A DNA stretch of 62,989 nucleotides, the filler included, from Octopus bimaculoides (taxonomy: Eukaryota), in NCBI RefSeq assembly GCF_001194135.2. It is 7 parts of 6 records of this genome, joined end to end, with 100 filler letters (N's around TTAATTAATTAA, not from the genome) between each part and the next. Parts side by side here need not be neighbours in the genome. Positions count along the whole stretch, not along the records: positions 6,401 to 17,875 come from NC_068999.1; positions 17,976 to 27,386 come from NC_068988.1; 5 more parts are not named here. One strand, 5' to 3'. Of the stretch, positions 13,031 to 25,110 are shown in pieces. Under the pieces are notes generated by a model. It was given only the letters and a program-made list of their open reading frames with translations. It had not been told where the DNA came from and did no database searches. The position numbers and the translations under genes were made by a program. Numbering within the stretch: the stretch's first letter is position 1; each line of letters opens with the position of its first letter.

Positions 13031-15734
13031 CATATAGATATATACATATACACTTATATTTACGCACATATACATAAATACATGTATATATATATNNNNN
13101 NNNNNNNNNNNNNNNNNNNNNNNNNNNNNNNNNNNNNNNNNNNNNNNNNNNNNNNNNNNNNNNNNNNNNNNNNNNNNNNNNNNNNNNNNNNNNNNNNNNN
13201 NNNNNNNNNNNNNNNNNNNNNNNNNNNNNNNNNNNNNNNNNNNNNNNNNNNNNNNNNNNNNNNNNNNTATATATATGTATATGCGTATTTAAAATATCGG
13301 CCAAATGATTGGTAAGATGAGTATTGTAACTGTTACCAAAGTAGCAAAATTCACACTTGAAAACTTGTTTATACTTGGTTTAAATATAATGACTTTCCTA
13401 TAGGTGATACAATTTTGAGTGCATATCAATTGAAATAAGAGCCATGACGCAATCCAATATATTAATAAAACTTGTTTATTATACATACATATATATACAC
13501 ACACAGGCACAGATATCATTAAAAGTTGACTGTACATATATGATGGGCTGTCTCGTCGTTTTCCGTATGTAATCTTCCAAACAGTCACTGAATTACGTAA
13601 TGTTATCATCGGCCGTAAGACATCTAACTAGTTTTAGCTTTGTGTAGAAAATGCACCATTGGATAACCGACATAGCAATTTGATTATAGCGGCAAAGTCT
13701 TGTGTAGAGCATTCCACGCTTCATTTTGCCGAGAACAACAAGCTGGTATGCCACCGAAGATGACCAGATCTCAGGCTTTTCATTTGACCGTTGAATGTCA
13801 CACCCTTTGAAGATTAACTTGGATACAGAATTGACCTGTACAAGAAGTGTTTCTTTCGGTAGCGTACTTAGGGGAGAAAGTGTAGCACTTATAGGTCTTT
13901 TCGATGACCCTTTCCTATGGCGTGTGAAAGAGAGGAGTTTGCACCTCGGCCAGTGATACAAATGCTTGCAACAGACGGCTCCAGTAAACTTTCTCAAGAG
14001 TCAAATGGTAAGTTTACAATAAGAGACATACTTAAATATACCATCTCAGGCTGTTGGTGAACCCGAGTAGATTGTAGTAGACAAATCTTTGATATTTCAC
14101 GGAGTAGCATTGAAGTTGAAAGCCGGTATTTGAGAAGAGAACATCTAAATTACACAGTATGCCTAAACCCGCAAACGAAGACAGACATAACACACATTGA
14201 CTGAACTGGAAAATTCGTCCAGCAATCACTGATAGCGGCCTGGAAGCTGCAGTGAATCATTCAGAAAAATACTAAGAAAACTCTGTTCATACAACTGGAA
14301 GGTGGTCCCATTAACAGGTTTGGTAATTGACCTAGTCTTGAAATACATAACTGGAATAGAAGTTGAGAAATGCTAATCTAATCTATTCTCTCCTTCCACT
14401 CAAGCCAAACAGAAAACACACATGCACATATAATTATACTTGCACATATGTATATAGACACCCTAGCATAAAAATACACATATATACACACACACATATA
14501 TACATACAAGCATATATATATATATANNNNNNNNNNNNNNNNNNNNNNNNNNNNNNNNNNNNNNNNNNNNNNNNNNNNNNNNNNNNNNNNNNNNNNNNNN
14601 NNNNNNNNNNNNNNNNNNNNNNNNNNNNNNNNNNNNNNNNNNNNNNNNNNNNNNNNNNNNNNNNNNNNNNNNNNNNNNNNNNNNNNNNNNNNNNNNNNNN
14701 NNNNNNNNNNNNNNNNNNNNNNNNNNNNNNNNNNNNNNNNNNNNNNNNNNNNNNNNNNNNNNNNNNNNNNNNNNNNNNNNNNNNNNNTATATATGTATAT
14801 GTGTGTGCGTGTCTGTGTATGTATATATGTGTACTCACACATACACATACACACAATATATATATATACATATGTATGTTTGGGTGACTGGTGTAATTAG
14901 TGGAGCCAGCCGTCACTCGCAAGCGAGTGTGGTTGCATGTGTCATACTTCCATAATAACTTTTGATGTTTATGTAGTTGTTTGTAGATATAATCAACTTA
15001 CCGCCCTTCGTTCTTCACTCAGCGGAACAGCCAGGACGTGACAGCTGGAGAAAGAGAAAAATGAACCACACCCTCGCTGGTGTTCATTACATCTGAGTAA
15101 ACTAGAACAGCGTGAAATGATGAAAATTGCTCAACGACACAACACACTGCATGCTCAAGAAATCGAAACAGCGAACTTATAATCGGAAAATGAACGCACG
15201 AGGTACTAGACGCTGCAGTTTCGCACATACAAGCACACATAGACACACACACACATACACACACGCATACACAGACACACAGACAGACACACACGCAAAC
15301 ATATACACACACACACGCACAGATATACATAAATATTTAGAAGAAAAGGGATGATAGTGGCTTCGAAGTATCGAACTTATGGCCTTCGTCCGTCTATAAA
15401 AAAATATTCTACAGTTACATGCTCAATTGTTTTTATTACAACTTGACATAAAAATAATGTGGGTGTGTGTGTACATAAATTCGATTCTAATGTCTGAACT
15501 CGAAGTAGAGGAAACTATAAATGAAAGCGTATGAAAACCGGGTTCAAAACCCACTTGGACAGAAAAAGACGAAGACTAACGGGCGACACGAAACAACGTC
15601 TTTTGTAAACATGTTTACTCACTATTTTCTATAATTTTATCTACATCGAGTTTAACCTTTAAAAACGGCGAAAATGAAATGTTTCCCGTCCTCTCTAAGT
15701 TTCTAAATTGTTATATAATATATTTGTGTTTGTG

Positions 15735-15799
<65 letters not shown>

Positions 15800-17976
15800 T
15801 TAAAATTATAATACAGGGTATCAAAGAGATACCGCCACGCTGAACAATAGCAGTCAAATCCTGACTTTTAAACCACAATAAATGTCCACATAGCACAAGG
15901 AGCGAAGACGAAGACAAAATAATCCAGTAAAAATAACAAGATAATTCCAGATCCCGGATTTCTGGCTTTACCTTTGATGGTTTTTATTCCCACGCTGGCC
16001 ANNNNNNNNNNNNNNNNNNNNNNNNNNNNNNNNNNNNNNNNNNNNNNNNNNNNNNNNNNNNNNNNNNNNNNNNNNNNNNNNNNNNNNNNNNNNNNNNNNN
16101 NNNNNNNNNNNNNNNNNNNNNNNNNNNNNNNNNNNNNNNNNNNNNNNNNNNNNNNNNNNNNNNNNNNNNNNNNNNNNNNNNNNNNNNNNNNNNNNNNNNN
16201 NNNNNNNNNNNNNNNNNNNNNNNNNNNNNNNNNNNNNNNNNNNNNNNNNNNNNNNNNNNNNNNNNNNNNNNNNNNNNNNNNNNNNNNNNNNNNNNNNNNN
16301 NNNNNNNNNNNNNNNNNNNNNNNNNNNNNNNNNNNNNNNNNNNNNNNNNNNNNNNNNNNNNNNNNNNNNNNNNNNNNNNNNNNNNNNNNNNNNNNNNNNN
16401 NNNNNNNNNNNNNNNNNNNNNNNNNNNNNNNNNNNNNNNNNNNNNNNNNNNNNNNNNNNNNNNNNNNNNNNNNNNNNNNNNNNNNNNNNNNNNNNNNNNN
16501 NNNNNNNNNNNNNNNNNNNNNNNNNNNNNNNNNNNNNNNNNNNNNNNNNNNNNNNNNNNNNNNNNNNNNNNNNNNNNNNNNNNNNNNNNNNNNNNNNNNN
16601 NNNNNNNNNNNNNNNNNNNNNNNNNNNNNNNNNNNNNNNNNNNNNNNNNNNNNNNNNNNNNNNNNNNNNNNNNNNNNNNNNNNNNNNNNNNNNNNNNNNN
16701 NNNNNNNNNNNNNNNNNNNNNNNNNNNNNNNNNNNNNNNNNNNNNNNNNNNNNNNNNNNNNNNNNNNNNNNNNNNNNNNNNNNNNNNNNNNNNNNNNNNN
16801 NNNNNNNNNNNNNNNNNNNNNNNNNNNNNNNNNNNNNNNNNNNNNNNNNNNNNNNNNNNNNNNNNNNNNNNNNNNNNNNNNNNNNNNNNNNNNNNTATAT
16901 ATACGTATATGTACGTACGTAGGTGTTATTCACCAAATAATGTCAAATCCTGTATCTTTGCCTCAGTAAATAAAGATTAGATGCAACCAATAACTAAGTG
17001 TATATATTCAGTGAAATAAATTCTTACTTACAAACACATCAATATGTGTTTGTGTATAATGCTCTTTAACTGGGCTTGATAAAATAGGCAACCATTGAAA
17101 GACTGGGCTTTATTATACCTCAATATTTGTCTGGTTTTGTGAATGTTTGATTAAACATTTTATTTAATGATAGAGATTATACTTTTTCAACTCACGCATA
17201 TACCCAGAGACATTTATCTAGACACGTCTTCGTATACATGTATATATATATATATATAGCTGCTTGTGTGTGTGTATTCGTTATGTGCATGTGTGTCTGT
17301 GTGTGCGTGAATGTGTATTATACAGACCGACAGTGTTTAGAAAGTTCCGTCGAGACTGCATGGATGTATGTGTGCATATATAATATACACACAGATATAC
17401 AAACACACATACGAACATAGACACACGAACACACACACGCGCAAGCACACACGCACACGCACACACACAACACAACACATGAACACGTACATACAGGCAC
17501 TATTATCGGTTAGCCTGAGGGAATCTACGTCTTGCTGTTATTTTTCTGGATGACTGATCCACTGATCTGCTGGTACAGAAATCAGAGATAACAAGCCTTT
17601 GTGTCTAGAAGAAAACAATCATAAATAAATATATTAAGAACAACAACAACACATAATTAAATAAACATCTAATTAGCTAATAACAATTTATATTTGCCAG
17701 TTAAGAAGTTAGTTCTTACAAAGATCAGTGACACAACGTTTCTCTTCAATTTTCTATTCTGTAACTTACAACATTTTACAAGTTTTACCGCTTTTTCCGG
17801 CTCTCTTCTTTTTCGCATTCATTTCATTCATTTTTGTTCCTTTCGTTTCTTTGTGTTTATTATGCTATATATATANNNNNNNNNNNNNNNNNNNNNNNNN
17901 NNNNNNNNNNNNNNNNNNNTTAATTAATTAANNNNNNNNNNNNNNNNNNNNNNNNNNNNNNNNNNNNNNNNNNNNT

Positions 17977-18312
17977 GGGGGTCTTAAAAGACATGTTAGG
18001 ATCCACAATGAGCAGAACTTACTTGCAGGTATTGGTAGTGCAAATCAGAGGTGCAATCTGTGTGGGTGTTTTTTCAAAACACTGTCTGGTTTAAAAAGCC
18101 ACATCAGACGCCATGAAAGGGCTAAGGTGTAGGTGCAGGAGGTGGTCAAACTCTGTTTAAGGAGTAGACAACCACCATGTAAGTATGTATGTATGTATGT
18201 ATGTATGTACGTATGTATGTACGTATGTATGTACGTATGTATGTATGTATATATGTATGTAAGTATGTATGTGTGTATGTAAGTATGTATGTATGTAAGT
18301 ATGTATGTATAT
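17977..18312 (+). mobile_element. 3' end of an RTE(BovB-like) LINE with C-terminal C2H2-like zinc finger and (ATGT)n tail
   Basis: 17977-18132 translates GGLKRHVRIHNEQNLLAGIGSANQRCNLCGCFFKTLSGLKSHIRRHERAKV*. There is no TGEKP linker; a short 3'UTR and simple-repeat tail follow. Confidence 0.65.
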
Positions 18313-18796
18313 GTATTATATTCACACATGAGATGACTTTCCTTAGCAGAAATAATTCTGAGAGATAATCCTTCTTTCAGACATGTGTGGCAACATACTG
18401 GTCTGTAAATGATGTCATTTGATTGTAGGACATATATATTTTTGCACTCTTTCAATTCGTCAGAAACACACACCAAAATCTTTTCTTCACAGCTCGATAA
18501 GAATGAATCTGCTCTTTTTAAAACAACATTCAACAAGTATACTAATGTGTGTAAAGCTTGATCAAGCTAGAGTTATAAAATTCTTTAGTGCTGCTTCATG
18601 TGACTATTTCATTCTAACTAGAGCAAGTTACATAGTTTGGTGACATGTTGAGAATGTAAAGGTGAGCAAGTTATATTCTGTCTGTAACCTACCACTAGAA
18701 TATTCAATTTACCATTGTGAGGTAATTAGAGTTCCCTCTTTGCCTTCTCTCTCCCCTCCCCCTCTCTCTCATTCACTACATTGCACTACTGTCTCT

Positions 18797-19225
18797 CTTT
18801 TCTCTTTTACTTGTTTCAGTCATTTGACTGCGGCCATGCTGGAGCACTGCCTTTTTAGTCGAGGAAATCGACCCCAGGACTTATTCTTTGGAAGCCTAGT
18901 ACTTATTTTATCGATCTCTTTTGCCGAACCGCTAAGTTACGGGGATGTAAACACAACAGCATCGGTTGTCAAGCGATGTTGGGGGCGGGGGGTGACAAAC
19001 ACAAATACAAACATACACACACACATACATATACATATATATATATATATATATATACATATATACGACGGGCTTCTTTCAGTTTCCGTCTACCAAATCC
19101 ACTCACAAGGCTTTAGTCAGCCTGAGGCTATAGTAGAAGACACTTGCCTAAGGTGCCACGCAGTGGGAATGAACCCGGAACCATGTGGTTGGTAAGCAAG
19201 CTACTTACCACACAGCCACTCCTGC
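18797..19225 (-). mobile_element. SINE family 1, full length
   Basis: Minus strand starts GCAGGAGTGGCTGTGTGGTAAG (tRNA-like A box), then GGGTTCATTCCC (B box), a CORE-like segment, an internal microsatellite and a TGAAACAAGTAAAAGAG tail. Confidence 0.9.
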
Positions 19226-19899
19226 ATCTACAGAGATATCAATAAAAACTTTTCTCTAAATTCCAAGATTAATCCATTGCCTACCAAATTATGCTGATTC
19301 TCATATTCTTTCATGTTTGTTGGGTCTTTTAAAAGTAGTTTTGAAATACTTATGCCAATTTTACTAAATATAAACTTTTCCTTTTTTTTTTTTTTCCAAC
19401 TAATTTTGTTTCTTCAAAACTTTCTGGGAAAAGAATATTTTTTTAATGAAATTATCTACAAATAGGTTTCAGATAATGTTGATTATGACTGAACCAAAAT
19501 TTGTTGAGAAAATTTTCTTTCAGAGATAGGAAAGTAGAGAAGTTTCAGATAATTCAAATGCCTTGGAATTGTTTTTTCATAACTCTCATAAAATGGGAAT
19601 TTTTTAACGAGATTTTCTATAAATTACCTTTTAATGAGATTTTCTATAAATACCTTTCAGTTAGGATACATTATAATTATATTGGAATTTGTTGTGAAAA
19701 TTTTGGGGTGGGGTGGGTGGAGGAGGGGAGTTTTAGATAATTCACACGCAACGACGTTGTTACCTCATAACTTTCCTGCTATTCCACACTTTCTCTTCTG
19801 GAATTTATCAAATGAACATCTTTTTAATAAAATGAAATTTTCCAGACATACCAGCATAATTGAAAAAATAAAATTTTCAAAGATAAATTTGTTATGGCT

Positions 19900-20970
19900 G
19901 TAGACACATAAGATATGCAACAATATCAAAGGAAGGTTAACGGAAAAGATAGTTTTTGTGTGTGGCAAATGCTTAGGGGCAATAAACACTGAAAATATAC
20001 AGAAAACAGCTTTCATCACATGCCAGGGGAAAAAACTAGAAGTTGATAGCTTCCGTAACCTAGGTGACCAAATCAGTAGCAGGGATGGATACTCTGAGAG
20101 CGTAGCTGCAGAATAAGAATAACCTGGGGTGCAAACACCCATGCTACATGGCAGTGAAACATGGGCTGTGACTGCTGAGGACATGCATAGGCTTCCAAAA
20201 AAATGAAGCTAATATGCTCTGCTGGATGTGTAATGTCAGTGTGTATATATGTCTTGAGAGGAAAGTTGGACATAAGAAGCATCAGATGAGGTGTGCAAGA
20301 GAGACAACTGCACTGGTGTGGTCACGTGTTGCATATGTATGAGAACAACTGTGTGAAAAAGTGTCACACCCTAGCAGTAGAGGGAACTGAGGAAGAGGTA
20401 GACCCAGGAAGATGTAGGATGAGGTGGTGAAGCACAATCTTCAAACATTGGGCCTAACGGAAGCAGTAACGAGTGACCAAGGCCTTTGGAGATATGCTGT
20501 GCTTGAGAAGACCCAGCAAGCCAAGTGAGACCATAACAATGGCCTATACCAGTGCAGCATAACTGGCTTATTTAAGTGTACCCTTCAATCAATGGGCAAT
20601 AAACTGTTGAGTCAAGTGAAGTCATTTTTGTGGCCAATGCCTGGTTCTGAGCTGGTCCCGTGCCTGGTCCCATGCTACTTGACTGGTTCTGAGCTGGTCC
20701 CGTGCCTGGTCCCATGCTACTTGACTGGTCCTGTGCTGGTGGCATGTAAAAAGCACCATTCGAGCATGGTTGCTGCCAGTGCCACCTGACTGGCTCCCAT
20801 GCTGGTGACACATAAATAGTACCAATCAAGCGTGGTTGATGCTAGTACTGCCTGACTGGCTCTCATGCCGGTGGCATGTAAAAAGCACCCCATACACTCT
20901 CGGAGTGGTACAGCCTTTGGTTTTCCAGTCCTCAGCATGGAAAGTGGGTGTTAAACAATGATGATGATGA
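19900..20970 (+). mobile_element. 5'-truncated, internally deleted RTE-clade LINE (post-RT region plus 3'UTR ending in (GAT)n)
   Basis: Fragments read KLEVDSFRNLGDQISS, MLHGSETWAVTAEDMHRL, MLCWMCNVSV and GRGRPRK..DEVVKH; frameshifted. Confidence 0.85.
20638..20735. repeat. 42-bp tandem repeat inside the RTE 3'UTR, about 2.3 copies
   Basis: CTGGTTCTGAGCTGGTCCCGTGCCTGGTCCCATGCTACTTGA repeated. Confidence 0.9.
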
Positions 20971-21299
20971 CATGATCCCTGCTATTTCTAGCATACTAAA
21001 TGATTAAGTAGGTGATGGGCTACCATTGTGTAAGAGAATGAGATAGACTAATGTGGCTAAGTTTAGTAAACTTAATACTTAATTTCTACAAAAAATTCTA
21101 ACCTTGCCTTGGAGTAGTTGGTATTATTCTAAATTTATCTACTGAGCTAGTGAGTACCATTCGGTGAATTAGGGATACAAAGAAAAATGTACATAGCATT
21201 ACAGAAAAATGACACAAATTGGGAATCAAATGTATAAATATCATTTAGTGACTAATGGAAAACTACCTAGGGAACAGGCTCTCTGTTGGGTTTAAATAT

Positions 21300-21520
21300 T
21301 CTTTTCTACTCTAGGCACCAAGGCCTGAAATTTTTGGAGAGGGAGGCCATTCAATTAGATTGACCCCAGTACGTAACTGGTAGTTAATTTATCGACCCCA
21401 AAAGGATGAAAGGCAAAGTCCACCTCTGTGGAATTTGAACTCAGAATGTAAAGACAGATGAAATACCATTAAGCATTTCACCTGGCGTGCTAACATTTCT
21501 GCCAAGCTCACCACCTTTTA
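21300..21520 (-). mobile_element. SINE family 2
   Basis: TTATCGACCCCAAAAGGATGAAAGGCAAAGTC core plus head. Confidence 0.85.
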
Positions 21521-22089
21521 GTTTTAAATATTGTACCAACAATGTAAATGCTCAAAATGCTAAACTAAACTAATTATCTGTAAAATAGACTATTCATTGA
21601 TAAGTATCAGTAATGTTACTGATAATTATTTTGAATATGAAACTGAAATATAAATTTCATTGAATACTTATAACAACAACAGTAATAACTGTAATTATGT
21701 TAGCTCACGAATTTTTTTCAGAATACAAGGAAAACTAACATTAATAATGAAACAAGAAATAGTAAAAGTAATGATAAGAGCTCTCAGATTATTAATGAAA
21801 ATAGAGTGTTAACGAATAAGTCATATGGAGTAAATATGATGCTTGCTGTATTTCTGTATCAATTATTCATGTTTGGGAAAGAAAAGAAAAACAAAATATT
21901 TTTTGCTGTAATATTCTTTTTTCTTTACAAGTAAAGCAGAATATATTTGTAAATTCTCGAGTGTAAGTATTACCAAATTTTTTATGAGTTAACTGTTAAA
22001 TTATTTTGTTTTACTACATCCAGTATAGCATCTATTATAGTAGCATCTATACTATAACTAAAATAACCAGGATAATACCATTGATAATA

Positions 22090-22700
22090 ACAATGCTTTC
22101 TGCTATTGGCACAAGGCCTTCAATTTTCAGGGAAGGGCTAGTCAATTGTATCAGCCCCAGTATTCAACTGGTATTTATTTCATTGAGCCCAACAGTATAA
22201 AATGCAGACAACTTTGACGGAATTTGAACTCAGAATGTTGTTGGCACTCTGTCACTTACGACGACGAGGGTTCCAGTTGATCCGATCAACGGAACAGCCT
22301 GCTCATGAAATTAACGTGCAAGTGGCTGAGCACTCCACAAACACGCATACCCTTAACGTAGTTCTCGGGGATATTCAGCATGACACAGTGTGACAAGGCT
22401 GACCCTTTGAATTACAGGCACAACAGAAACAGGAAGTAAGAGTGAGAGAAAGTTGTGGTGAAAGAGTACAGCACGGTTCGCCACTTTCCCTGCCGGAGCC
22501 TCATGAAGCTTTAGGTGTTTTCGCTCAATAAACACTCACAACGCCTGGTCTGGGAACCGAAACCACGATCCTAAGACCGCGAGTGTGCTGCCCTAACCAC
22601 TGGGCCATTGCGCCTCCACTCTCAGAATGTAAAGACAGATGAAATGCTTCTATGCATTTTGTCTGGCATACTAACTATTCTGCTGATTCACCACCTCAAT
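22090..22700 (-). mobile_element. SINE family 2 copy interrupted by a family 3 SINE
   Basis: Family 2 sequence stops at CTCAGAATGT (22229-22238) and resumes at CTCAGAATGT (22621-22630). Confidence 0.8.
22239..22620 (-). mobile_element. tRNA-derived SINE family 3, full length, 10-bp TSD
   Basis: Minus strand head TGGAGGCGCAATGGCCCAGTGGTTAGGGCAGC..GTTTCGGTTCCCAGACC; homologous to 26908-27289. Confidence 0.9.
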
Positions 22701-22719
22701 GATAATAATAATAATAATA

Positions 22720-22930
22720 ATCCTTTCTACTATAGGCACAAGGCCTGAAATTTTGGGTGAGTGGGGGCTAGTCGATTAGATTTACCCCAATACACAACTG
22801 GTACTTAATTTATCGACCTCAAAAGGATGAAAGGCAAAGTCAGATCAGTGGAATCTAAACTCAAAATGTAAAGACAAATAAAATGTTGCATTATTATGTC
22901 CAGTGTGCTAAAAATTCTGCCAGCTCACTT
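22720..22930 (-). mobile_element. SINE family 2 with (AAT)n tail
   Basis: Core TTATCGACCTCAAAAGGATGAAAGGCAAAGTC. Confidence 0.8.
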
Positions 22931-22936
22931 CTTTGA

Positions 22937-22976
<40 letters not shown>

Positions 22977-23669
22977 TGTAGTAGTACTACTACTAGGAGG
23001 AGGAGGAGGAGGAGGAGTAAAAACTCAGGTAGTTATATGTCTAACTATAATTGAGATAATTCAAACCCCACATTCTTAAATGATGTAAATAACTTTTAAT
23101 GTAAATGTTGAGAAGCTGAAAATTGCTCATTATAAGGATAATGTCAATGTAAAAGTATAATGTGTGGTTAGCACTCATAGAACTTCTAAATTTTATATTT
23201 GATTGACAGCAAGTTATATTTATTGTCATCCATTTTCCAATCAAAGTCTTATATATTCAACTTCCTCACAGAAATTCGAAAGATGTAATATATAACTTTT
23301 CGAAGGGAGTAGGGACAGGTTTGTAGTGAAAGAGATTAATGGCTACTTCACATTTAACATGGCTGAATGGAAGTGGCTGGAGTGGTACTGCAAAGAGAGG
23401 CAAGCATTATGGTAGTGAGATACTAGAACATACTCTCACGAAAACTCATCTAAGAAAGTGAAGAGAGCATAACAGCAAGAACATTTGTCAGGTCTGATAA
23501 GGTTACAAAAGTATGAGATATATATTTATATATATATGGTGGAGTTGGTCAGATGTATATGGGAAGTGAATGTAGTGAATAATGAACAGAGCTGGAGTGA
23601 TCGATGCTAAATATGAGCAACAGGGACAAGAAGAATGATGGATGAATATCAGTTTGGAGTAGTCCAGAG

Positions 23670-23980
23670 GGGTGGAGACTAGCAGAGTCCTTTTCTCCAT
23701 AGGGCATAATTTGCACCTCCTCCTGCTATTGAAGTAAGGATTGCACTTATGTACTCTCTACTTATACTAAAATCAAAGGCACATTGTTTCAATGAACATA
23801 TATGTTCTTTCAATGAACGTTCATAACTTGCTATGGTTGTGATATTTCATTTCTCTTGGCTAGTAACATGTGGCTGTTAAATCTGATTCTGAAAGGATCT
23901 TTTGCCATGCCCACATATTTTTGCATGTTCATCTACCTACTGGAGTTCTTTGACATCACCTCTATATTATGCTAGCGAAC
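23670..23980 (-). mobile_element. Penelope-like element relic, GIY-YIG endonuclease C-terminus
   Basis: Manual translation across frameshifts: KYVGMAKDPFRIRFNSH ... PYFNSRRRCKLCPMEKRTLL, matching the YxG...RFxxH and CxLCxxEK pattern of PLE endonucleases. Confidence 0.7.
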
Positions 23981-24286
23981 TACAGTAAAGAACTTAAATT
24001 GTAAATGCAAATTCTTTTGATCTGGTCTTCAAGAAAAAGAAAATATATGCTTGGGTACCAAGAGACTGCACCATGATTATAAATATTAAAGTTTCCATCA
24101 ACATTAATACAGCCTCTCCTCTTTACAAATATATGAGTGTTTGTTTTTTCTGACCTATGGATTCTTTGATGGCTATACACACACACACACACACACACAC
24201 ACATATTAATTCATAATAGAATATAAGGATTAAAATTACGTTAATGACTGCCTATAAATTAAATTAATAATAAAGTACATCATCAT

Positions 24287-24660
24287 CATCATCATCACCG
24301 TTTAACGTCTGCTTTCCATGCTAGCATGGGTTGGACTGAGGACTGGTGAACCAGATGGCTACACCAGGCTCCAATCTGATTTGGCAGAATTTCTACAGCT
24401 GGATGCCTTTCCTAATCCAAACCACTCCGAGAGTGTAGTGGGTGCTTTTATGTGCCACCAGCACGAAGGCCAGTCAGGCAGTACTGGCAATGACCATGCT
24501 CTAAATGGTGTATTTTACGTGCCACCTGCACAGGAGCCAGTTCAGCAGTACTGGCAATGAACTCGCTCGAATGTCTTTTCACGTGCCACTGGCACAAGTA
24601 CCAGGAAGGCGACGTTGGTAATGATCACACTCAAATGGTGCTATTTACGTGACCCAGGTA
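24287..24660 (-). mobile_element. RTE-type 3' tail (same family as 20750-20970)
   Basis: (CAT)n-CGTTTAACGTCTGCTTTCCATGCTAGCATGGGTTGGA... is the reverse complement of 24905-25110. Confidence 0.85.
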
Positions 24661-24676
24661 CGGAAGCCAGATGTAT

Positions 24677-24839
24677 ATAATTATATTAAGGGAGCAAGGG
24701 TGAAAATGACCTGTCTCCAGCATGTTTGAAGTGCTGAGGCCTTCAAAAACCTACCAAAAAACAGGTATCTTTTTTAAGGTCCCAGCACTTCAAGCATGCT
24801 GGAGATAGGTCGGTTTCACCTTTGCCTTAATATAATTAT
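24677..24839. mobile_element. MITE-like hairpin, about 65-bp imperfect TIRs
   Basis: ATAATTATATTAAGG..GACCTGTCTCCAGCATGTTTGAAGTGCTG pairs with CAGCACTTCAAGCATGCTGGAGATAGGTC..CCTTAATATAATTAT. Confidence 0.8.
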
Positions 24840-24856
24840 GCATCCATGTATATTAT

Positions 24857-24894
<38 letters not shown>

Positions 24895-24904
24895 NNNNNN
24901 NNNN

Positions 24905-25110
24905 CACTTAAGCATACCGGTGGCATGTAAAAGCACCCACTACACTCTCGGAGTGGTTGGCATTAAGAAGGGCATCCAGCTGTAGAAACTCTGCCAAATC
25001 AGACTGGAGCCTAGTGTAGCCATCTGGTTCACCAGTCCTCAGTCAAATCGTCCAACCCATGCTAGCATGGAAAGCGGATGTTAAACGATGATTATGATGA
25101 TGATGATGAT
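24905..25110 (+). mobile_element. RTE-type 3' tail
   Basis: TGGCATGTAAAAGCACCC...GAAGGGCATCCAGCTGTAG...GTTAAACGATGAT. Confidence 0.85.

Noticed and set aside
14914-14929. CACTCGC-AA-GCGAGTG palindrome as a Helitron 3' hairpin
   Set aside because: No downstream CTRR terminus, and the length is compatible with chance.
22545-22620. tRNA gene (also 27215-27289, 19150-19225, 53100-53180)
   Set aside because: These are tRNA-derived SINE heads continuous with SINE bodies, not stand-alone tRNAs.
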